From positions 1-64,000 of the forward strand of contig NW_021834418.1 in NCBI RefSeq assembly GCF_006345805.1: a stretch of 64,000 nucleotides of DNA. Direction: 5' to 3'. Shown here in pieces: positions 1 to 8,573 of the stretch. This stretch comes from Octopus sinensis (lineage: Eukaryota). A program made the position numbers and the translations under genes. Below the pieces are notes generated by a model. It made no database searches and was not told where the DNA came from. It worked only from the letters and a program-made list of their open reading frames with translations. Positions within the stretch are counted from its first letter, which is position 1. Each line of letters begins with the position of its first letter.

Positions 1-379
1 TGCGGCCATGCTAGAGCACCGCCTTTAGTCGAGCATATCGACCCCGGGACTTATTCTTTGTAAGCCCAGTACTTATTCTATCGATCTCTTTTTGCCGAAC
101 GTCTAAGTGACGGGGACGTAAGCACACCAGCATCGGTTGTCAAGCGATGGTGGGGGGACAAACACTGACACACGAACATTTACACACACATACATATATA
201 TATACATATATACATATATTCGACAGGCTTCTTTCACTTACCGTCTACCAACTCCACTCAAAAGTCATTGGTCGGCCCGAGGCTACAGCAGAAGACACAT
301 GCCCAAGATGCCGAGCAGTGAGACAGAACCCGGAACCATGTGGTTGGTAAGCAAGCTACTTACCACACAGCCACTCCTG
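1..379 (-). mobile_element. tRNA-derived SINE, family 1 (3' end cut by window edge), inserted in the upstream region of gene copy A
   Basis: Reverse complement of the SINE at 22389, 32921 and 62567 (head CAGGAGTGGCTGTGTGGTAAGTAGCTTG...GGTTCCGGGTTC with A/B-box-like motifs). Copies B-D lack it at this position (cacactgaatattaaaac or a 1-nt variant). Confidence 0.85.
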
Positions 380-595
380 AATATTAAAACAGCTTCCCAA
401 GAATAACAAAGAAAATTAAATAACAACATTAGTAAATAAATATATCATAATATATCCAGAAACAGGAATCATTTCACTTTACACGTGTCTCTCATTCATC
501 AAAATATTTTGCTAATTATTGTGTGACAATATCAAACCATCTCTTTCCAATAATTAAACCTGTCAGACAAGTTCACACCCACTTTTACAGTTCCA

Positions 596-680
596 CCAAT
601 CGCATTGGTTCTTAAATTTACGATAAGATCTATGCCAGAGCTGGGTTGTTGTGCGCTCAATAAATACGTGGAATTCAGTT
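596..680 (+). promoter_or_regulatory. Candidate proximal promoter of copy A (inverted CCAAT pair, GATA-like site, Inr-like TCAGTT)
   Basis: CCAATcgcATTGG at 596-608, cGATAAg at 621-627 and TCAGTT at 675-680, all conserved upstream of the four ATGs. No transcript evidence. Confidence 0.3.
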
Positions 681-764
681 GCAGGTCTTCAGCTTAAACC
701 TCGCATCTCGATCTTTTGTTGAAGCCACACGAAGTATCACTTACGACCGACAACTGTCACCAGA

Positions 765-908
765 ATGGATTTCGCACAACAGTTCAGGAATATTTCGCAG
801 CGTTATTCCATTTCTTCTCTCATAACTTTTGGGGTTCTTCTCGTTCTGACGATCGTCAATCTTCATCAAGATTCAAGAATAGGAAAAATGGAAGAGAAAT
901 CAAAAACG
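765..908 (+). CDS. Copy A exon 1: N-terminal tail plus signal-anchor helix
   Basis: ATG in cagaATGG context; 144 nt = MDFAQQFRNISQRYSISSLITFGVLLVLTIVNLHQDSRIGKMEEKSKT; donor gtaagt at 909. Confidence 0.8.
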
Positions 909-1176
909 GTAAGTCATGGATTTTGTGTTAACATATGTATGTCTTTATGTATTTATATATGTATGTATGCGTGCATGTATGTATGCATCTACGTATGTAT
1001 ATATGAATATATGGATGTATGTACATACCGATGGATGGATGGATGGATGTAAGGATGTATGCATGAACCATGTACATATGTTCCTATACAGCACACACAC
1101 ACACACGTACGATCCATCACACACGTATACACATAAAATAACACAGGCGCACACACCTAAACATACATACACACAT

Positions 1177-1189
<13 letters not shown>

Positions 1190-1240
<51 letters not shown>

Positions 1241-1245
1241 TATAT
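1190..1245. repeat. (TA)n microsatellite flanking the Penelope-like foldback
   Basis: Near-pure TA run ending at the left arm of the element. Confidence 0.95.
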
Positions 1246-2680
1246 ATACAATATGTTACATTACTCGGTAGTCAAGATAAAACTCTGAGTTTCAGATGCC
1301 GAAGTGGAAATCCACAACACCATCTCTTCGGTTATCTGGCTATTTGAAAACGTTATGAAAAAATACCGTTAAAAATGAAGGGAAATTACTCTGTTATAAC
1401 TCTGCTTTGCCTGCGTACTTATACATCGCTCGCATTTTTCGTCATAAAAATTATATAAAAATACATAAAAATATATAAAAATATATAAAAATATATAAAA
1501 TCTTCTTGGGACATAACACAGAAAGCATGTTCTATCCGTTTTCTTTAGGGGACCAAAAACATAACAGAAATTTAGTCACATGTGGGCATGATCCGAAAAG
1601 CTCTGTCCTTGTATTTAGACATGTGGTAGGGTCTAAGCTGCTTTTCCAGATAAGCCATCTCTCCATGTCGCATAAACCGCACCTTCCGCTGCCGTTAGTA
1701 TAGGGCTTACATCTGGCCAAAATCTTCCATTGTATGTTATAATCGACACCTTTATCTCTTAAAGACCAAATATGATTGGATAATTGTGTCGCTTTTCTTT
1801 TGTTCCAGTGCCTAAAGCTCAAAGTGTGGTTATTGAACCTGGCCTTGAAATTACCCTCTGTCAGGCCCACGTATTTCTTCGTCGAAACGGTGTCTTTAGT
1901 GGTTATAGAGTTTACGGTAGCTTCATATATGATGGTCTTGGACATGCAAGCTCCATTTAGCGGGCACAATTCTTTATTCCTGCATGAACAGCTGTTTTCT
2001 TCTTGTGTTTTTTGTATGTTATGATTGATTATGTTTTTAAAATTGGTAGTTGAACTAAAACTAATTTTTAAATTGTGTCTATTAAAGAGTTTCCTATAAG
2101 CATGGTTAACTGGAAAATGTCTATCTATCAGTGCTAGGAAATATTTACCTATATTGAAGGCCACCTCGGGTGAGTAAGGGGGCGTAAACCAGATGACCTT
2201 CCTATTTCTATTATTCCTTTTCCTTATTGTTGGGCTGGTGATAGGTGTATATTTTATTTTTTCGCTAAAACCACTATCTTTTAAAGCTTTATTATAAACT
2301 GGGGCAACGCTATTGAAGATGTCCTCATTAGATGAGAGGCTAGAAATCCTCTTACTAATATTTTTAACTAAATTTTTGAATACTATAGGGGGATGGCATG
2401 AACCTACATTAATATAACTTAGTCTATCATTGGGCTTCCTATAAGGCTTATAAATATTATTATTAAGATCTAAGGAAACGTCTAAGAAATTGACAACCGT
2501 CAGGTTAGTGTCTATAGTTATACTAAGTCCGAAGTGTTTCATTAACTGGATAATATCCTTCCTAAAACGATCTTGTGCTGGTCCATTTGTATTAGCTGTT
2601 AAGGCGAGGGCATCATCTTTGTAGATGGCGAAATGTACGTTAGGGAATGTCCTACCGAAGGTATCTAGGAGAAGGTATCT
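1246..2680 (-). mobile_element. 5'-truncated Penelope-like element (RT C-terminal part + GIY-YIG endonuclease), possibly Naiad clade
   Basis: Minus ORF ending at 1532: RT motif IYKDDAL, VNFLDV, YKPYRKPND, then CSC-x5-CPLNGAC, IIYEATV...KYVGLTEGNFKARF (GIY-YIG) and CGLC. Clade assignment is from motif recollection only. Confidence 0.9.
1275..1337 (-). ncRNA. Mirror copy of the hammerhead fold in the left arm
   Basis: Reverse complement of 3929-3991. Confidence 0.65.
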
Positions 2681-4090
2681 TGGACCAGCACAAGATCGTT
2701 TTAGGAAGGATATTATCCAGTTAATGAAACACTTCGGACTTAGTATAACTATAGACACTAACCTGACGGTTGTCAATTTCTTAGACGTTTCCTTAGATCT
2801 TAATAATAATATTTATAAGCCTTATAGGAAGCCCAATGATAGACTAAGTTATATTAATGTAGGTTCATGCCATCCCCCTATAGTATTCAAAAATTTAGTT
2901 AAAAATATTAGTAAGAGGATTTCTAGCCTCTCATCTAATGAGGACATCTTCAATAGCGTTGCCCCAGTTTATAATAAAGCTTTAAAAGATAGTGGTTTTA
3001 GCGAAAAAATAAAATATACACCTATCACCAGCCCAACAATAAGGAAAAGGAATAATAGAAATAGGAAGGTCATCTGGTTTACGCCCCCTTACTCACCCGA
3101 GGTGGCCTTCAATATAGGTAAATATTTCCTAGCACTGATAGATAGACATTTTCCAGTTAACCATGCTTATAGGAAACTCTTTAATAGACACAATTTAAAA
3201 ATTAGTTTTAGTTCAACTACCAATTTTAAAAACATAATCAATCATAACATACAAAAAACACAAGAAGAAAACAGCTGTTCATGCAGGAATAAAGAATTGT
3301 GCCCGCTAAATGGAGCTTGCATGTCCAAGACCATCATATATGAAGCTACCGTAAACTCTATAACCACTAAAGACACCGTTTCGACGAAGAAATACGTGGG
3401 CCTGACAGAGGGTAATTTCAAGGCCAGGTTCAATAACCACACTTTGAGCTTTAGGCACTGGAACAAAAGAAAAGCGACACAATTATCCAATCATATTTGG
3501 TCTTTAAGAGATAAAGGTGTCGATTATAACATACAATGGAAGATTTTGGCCAGATGTAAGCCCTATACTAACGGCAGCGGAAGGTGCGGTTTATGCGACA
3601 TGGAGAGATGGCTTATCTGGAAAAGCAGCTTAGACCCTACCACATGTCTAAATACAAGGACAGAGCTTTTCGGATCATGCCCACATGTGACTAAATTTCT
3701 GTTATGTTTTTGGTCCCCTAAAGAAAACGGATAGAACATGCTTTCTGTGTTATGTCCCAAGAAGATTTTATATATTTTTATATATTTTTATATATTTTTA
3801 TGTATTTTTATATAATTTTCATGACGAAAAATGCGAGCGATGTATAAGTACGCAGGCAAAGCAGAGTTATAACAGAGTAATTTCCCTTCATTTTTAACGG
3901 TATTTTTTCATAACGTTTTCAAATAGCCAGATAACCGAAGAGATGGTGTTGTGGATTTCCACTTCGGCATCTGAAACTCAGAGTTTTATCTTGACTACCG
4001 AGTAATGTAACATATTGTATAGATAAATTTCCTCTGTTTACATAATATTGAGGTCTCTTTCTTTCTTTTGTTATCTTACCGTTTTATCAA
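2681..4090 (+). mobile_element. Inverted copy (pseudo-LTR) of the same Penelope-like element, with a ~70-bp extra 3' tail
   Basis: 2681-4020 is the reverse complement of 1246-2585 (paired coordinates sum to 5266; identical translations). 4021-4090 has no counterpart on the left arm and is followed by (TA)n. Confidence 0.9.
3929..3991 (+). ncRNA. Minimal type-I hammerhead ribozyme fold in the Penelope 3' region
   Basis: Stem I AGATAA/TTATCT; core CCGAAGA (U4C variant of CUGANGA); stem II GATG..CATC; T-GAAA; palindromic stem III ACTC-A-GAGT; predicted GUU site at 3985. Confidence 0.65.
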
Positions 4091-4096
4091 TATATA

Positions 4097-4134
<38 letters not shown>

Positions 4135-4156
4135 TATATATATATAATATATATAT

Positions 4157-6553
4157 AGTACGTTTAAATATTTGTTGTGCAAGATTTTTTATGTGAAGTC
4201 GTGTGTTGAAACAGATATTGTTATATTTCGGAATGGTCATATTGACATATTTGGTGTTATTTTGCTTCAGTGTTATTTATTTTTTACATTAATCTTAATC
4301 TTATTTCGGCCAGAGTTCTTTCGTCACAATCCTGTGACCGCATCAGTGGTCCTTTGATTTCTTCTTTCTTATTTGTGTCTCTCCTTACTAACCGTAAGCC
4401 TTTTTGTATTTCTATTGTATGTCTTCATTTGCGCATGCTTATATCTCTATGTGCGTCTATGTTTATATAGTGTGTGTATGTGGGGGGATGCCTGTAATAT
4501 TTCTATCTTCTGTTTATATACGTTCACGTAATTTGTATTTTGTTTTTGTTGTTGTTGTTTTTGTTTATTCTTATTTTGTTCATGTGTTTACATCTACTTA
4601 TTATCATTACATATGCTTGTATGTATGTATGTATAACAACAATACTAGTAATAACAATAATAAATCGAATAGAAAAAAAAAAATATATATACATATATAT
4701 ACACACACATATATATACATATATATATATACATTTATATATATATATATATAGTTATTTATTTATATTTGTTTATTTATCTGTGTATTTATTATGTTTT
4801 CTGGATCCTCTATCGTCACATGTTGTGGTGTGTGTTAGTGCTCCATTCTAGTTTTCTATTCAGGCTACGTTTATTTTCTATTATGTTTGTAGCTTCTGTA
4901 ATTTGTCTAATTGTTGCATCTGTTCTATGTGTGGACAATATTTTAATTTGTATGTTATTGATTGATCCCCCTGTTTTTCTGTTCGGCGTGTTGGTACAGA
5001 ATCGATGAGCTTTTACCTTCCTTGAGTTGTCTCCAATGTCCATTTACCCGCTCTCCTATGCTTCTTGCCGTTTCCCCTACGTATGTCGTCTTGTTACTGC
5101 ATCGTCCCTCTATACATCTTACTATAGACTACATTCCTGGCTTTACAGTTTGTTTGTGGGCTAAATCTACATACAGTACAGTACTTATCCGTACTGGGGG
5201 TTCTACTAAAAGGATAGGTTCTACCAATTATAGATTTGATAGGGTTGCCTGGCTTTTCAACAACCTTAATTCTTAGCTTCAGTTTGTCTAGGGTCCTTCT
5301 AAAGCGGTACGCCAGTTCACCTCCAGGGGTGGTGTCAACGAACATGACACTCTGGTATTTATGGTTATCATACCAAGAGTTGGCCTTCCCTATTTTCTTT
5401 TTTGTCCTTTCTATAGTGTTCCATGACTTGTTCCTATAGAGTGGGCAAATCCCAATCCTATCATTACATAATATATTATCAAATTTCTTCATAGCACCTT
5501 TGTATACTCTGATCCTTTCTTTCTGGCTGTAACCTGAGAACTGCATGCGGTGAATGAAATATCGTATGTGTTTCTTTAACTCTGTAGGCTCGCACATGCG
5601 TGACACATTTCTCATTATTCTGACGAGGTCTGCCATCAAAATATTGAATTTGGCATTGCCCGCAATGGCTGAGTTCCGGTGGATCAAGTATTTTGAGGCC
5701 ATAGGTTTGGCATAGTATGAATGAAGGATTTGGGTTTTATTATTCACAATTTCTAGCCAGAGTTCAGTGTCTAGTACTGGTAGTCTATGGTTGGGGTGCT
5801 TAGTGGGGTAGTCTATTGTAACCTTAATACTCTGGTGGATGGAGTTATCTATTTGCTGGATGTTCTCCATAGTATTAGTTTCTATTACTATATCAACATT
5901 ACTCTCTTGTGGGGGTGCCTTTACCACTATGTTGATATCATCAACATAGCGAGAGTACATGTTTACGAGTATGGAGTTCTGTGTTAGGCGTTCTTTAAGC
6001 CTTCTGTCCAACCATACCATGAAAAGGTTGGCCCCATCACCAGCGATACTAACGCCGATGGCTGCCCCCTCGTCCTAGGCATATATTTTATTATTAAACT
6101 TAAACGTGTGGCCTTTTAGGGTAACTCTTATACTAGCTCCTAGTGCATGTGCGATCATTTTCTTTACCTGATGGACATTTGCAGGGCTCCGTATGCCTCT
6201 GGTCCATCCGCGTCACCTTTCTATATGTGTCTTCCTAGCCATAGAAGTAATTGTGGGCGGTCTACCTCTTAAACATCGACTGGGGCAGAAACTACTAAGA
6301 TTATGCTTATCTAAGTATTCATTATTACATGTCAGTGTAAGTAGGAGGCCCAGTTCTTCTGTGTTGACATTACGGAACTCCACCTGGCTCTCGTTGATCA
6401 TCTCCACGCACTTCTCCACCGCAAAATCTACGTCAATCGATGGGTATAGGGATACCACATCCATGCTACCCCCACCATGATCCTGTCAGGTCACAAGTGT
6501 TGTTACAGTCATTGATCCTGCTGAGGAGATCTTATGTGCTGTCACAAACATCA
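4157..6553 (-). mobile_element. 5'-truncated Neptune-like Penelope element (RT + Cys linker + GIY-YIG), frameshifted
   Basis: SMDVVSLYPSI (6464), GVSIAG.GANLFM, YSRYVDDI, LPVLDTELW, YAKPMAS, CTVC..NCKARNVVY, then TYVGETARS...ATIRQITEA...LNRKLEW (about 5080-4840). 3' UTR ends at (TA)n near 4157. Confidence 0.88.
4308..4352 (-). ncRNA. Minimal type-I hammerhead fold in the Neptune-like 3' region
   Basis: Minus strand GG(A)CCA-CTGATGC-G-GTCAC-AGGATT-GTGAC-GAAA-G-AA-CTC-TGGCC: stems I and II pair, A9C core variant, CUC site. Confidence 0.6.
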
Positions 6554-8230
6554 ATTTTATATTTACCTGGAAACTTCGAATTATCAATCGCTGATAACCC
6601 AGCCTCGGCCTGTTTCATAATTTCAATCCCACGACTTCTGTCTGACAATGTTCCAGCGTATACTCGTTCCAAGCTCTTGACGGGTCTTCCTTGACTGTTG
6701 GAATGCTTTCTTCAGATATTCGAAACTTAAATTCTTTCTGCACTCCCTTAACAAATGTCAGACTACGCGCTTTTTTGCTCTAAATCGCGTCCTTGACCAC
6801 CTTACAAGTTCGTCTAATCTCAAGAGGGCATTCTGCATGATTTTTTTATCTGTAGCTAGAAGTGTCACGTCATCCATGAAGGCTTTCTTAGGCAATTGTA
6901 CATGGGCGATTTGTTCCGAAAAATCTACACCTTCCAAAATCAACTCCATGACTAAGATAAACCACGTGACAGATATCGTACAGCCAGCAGCAATGCCAAC
7001 TTCCAATCGGTGCCAATTTGTTGTAAAATTTCCAGTCGTAAATCTCATTTCGAAACTGTCATAGTACATCCTCATTATTTTGATCACTTTGTCTGGAATG
7101 TGGAAGTGGTCCATGGCTGTTATTAGTAATTTGTGTAAATATGCCACTGTTCTCCTCGACAGAATCCCCATAAAGATCTTGCCTTGTAGGTATCCTTGAT
7201 ATGAGCATCCAATTCTTCTTTAGTGCACGATAAAGTGCCACTCTTCGGTTCAGTGAATAGCTTCTTAGTAAACCCGTAAGGGTCCTTCAGAAACTGACCC
7301 CGAGTCCTTTTACTTTCTTTTCGACGCTCATATCGGCGGATATGTCGTTGCACATAACGACATTTCCTCTTCAAATCGTTATACAGTAGCGCAAGGCCAG
7401 GTTTCTCATCTAGTGCAGCACATCTCCATCGCTTTCTTAAGTCGGACTTTTCCTTCCTCAACTGCTGCATTTTTCTGATCTCCCTTGGTCCACACTTTCC
7501 TTTCTCTAGCCGGATATTCTCTTTTATTCCAAATAAATCTTTTCCTATATCGTATACTGAGCTTGATAATTTGCCCAGTTTCTCCACTGTAGAGTCTGTC
7601 ATTTTATAAAGAGCCCGACAAACCTTGTTTTCAAACTCTTTATATTTCACTTTCTCATTAGCAGCAAGCCACAAAACCCTCGGTTTCCTCTGAGTATTAT
7701 CCGATGCACCAGTTTCATGACTTGTAGTTTCATCACGCGAAGAGGTCTCTGCTGTAGCATTTATCGATCCGCTGTGGTTTGAGTCCGGGGATGATTTACC
7801 ACGTGTTTTACGATCTGACGATCCACACTGCTCTGTCCTCTTCTCACAAGTCTTTCCCTGATGTATCTTCAAGCCTCTCACAGTTGCAAAGGTTCTACAG
7901 CACAGCTTGCATCCAAAGTTGTTTGCATTTCGTTCGCTGTTCGAATGAATAACCGCACTCGTTTCCAAGGTCATTTCCGTGCTGACTGGGTTTGATTGAT
8001 TCTCGATTCTCCCCTCTCGGTCGATCGTGGGGCTGTCATATCCATTCATATCTGTTACAATATATTACAAAGGCGAGGATCGTAAGTCCGCAGCCTCCAC
8101 CAGTCTTTCCTGGTGTCGATAGTCTTTCCTATTGTCCGCTCGTCTTTCCGAGCAGTCCTCTTGTCTTTCCAAGATGCCTAACCGTCTTTCCGGTTTGTCA
8201 GTGGTTCCCTACCACAAGGTCTTAGATGTC
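6554..8230 (-). mobile_element. Hero-like RLE-type non-LTR retrotransposon: 5' UTR, N-terminal C2H2 finger and internally deleted RT; 3' part missing
   Basis: ORF from 8049: CKLCCRTFATVRGLKIHQGKTC, then F..DPYGF.KKLF.EPKSG, GIAAGCTISVTWF, AFMDDVTLL, PVKSLGRVY; ends abruptly at ..PGKYKI near 6554. Confidence 0.85.
8098..8195 (-). other. Array of five hairpins with invariant GGAAAGAC core in the Hero-like 5' UTR
   Basis: Loops at 8104, 8123, 8143, 8164 and 8185 (+ strand TCTTTC), each closed by a different perfect 4-6 bp stem. Confidence 0.85.
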
Positions 8231-8280
8231 TTGCAAACAACTTGCACATGCAAGTGCTACCAGTTAAAAGCTCCGTATAC

Positions 8281-8573
8281 CGGAAGCTAGCAAGTGTATG
8301 GGGTCATCAGGAGAGATTGCGCGCCGTTTCGGGGCCTACCTCTCGACGGCATCAATGCGCACTGATATGAGGCTCCGCTTGCTAGATCAGCTGGTTATGA
8401 AGAACTCAATATACTTTTAGCCATCGCTCATCGTCTCTTTTTAACCAAATCCAGTGGCTAGCCTTCTCCACTGTAGATTGGATATCAGTCATGATGGTAT
8501 TGACTTTACGATGAGTTAGGCCTAGCGATAACAACAGTCGTCTCACGCTGTGTCCAACAAACCCTCTACATCC
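8281..8573 (-). mobile_element. Hero-like element: last codons of the RLE domain plus 3' UTR
   Basis: GCRGFVGHSVRRLL..VEKASHWIWLKRDD, the typical end of Hero ORFs; stop near 8406. Confidence 0.8.

Noticed and set aside
658-666. AATAAATA as a TATA box
   Set aside because: It is only about 17 nt from the Inr-like TCAGTT, the wrong spacing.
716-931. Overlapping ORF MLKPHEVS.. (also at 27274), upstream of exon 1
   Set aside because: It has a TTG start in a different frame and no domain; the ATG frame gives a signal anchor and correct splice phase.
2625-2776. ORF-track starts (2625 on +, 2776 on -) for the Penelope protein
   Set aside because: Both cross the inversion junction, so their N-termini are artefacts; both copies are 5'-truncated.
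3815-3890. Possible SECIS (ATGA...) in the Penelope 3' UTR, since some Naiad elements encode selenoproteins
   Set aside because: There is no in-frame TGA in the visible ORF and no convincing helix II or GA quartet.
8098-8195. CRISPR-like reading of the periodic GTCTTTCC repeat
   Set aside because: The constant part is only 8 nt, the variable parts are self-complementary stems rather than spacers, there are no cas genes, and the context is eukaryotic.
8301-8335. GAAAC and CTGATGA on the minus strand of the Hero 3' UTR, resembling a hammerhead core
   Set aside because: The would-be stem II strands are CCCC and CCCC and cannot pair, and there is no stem III or NUH site between the motifs.
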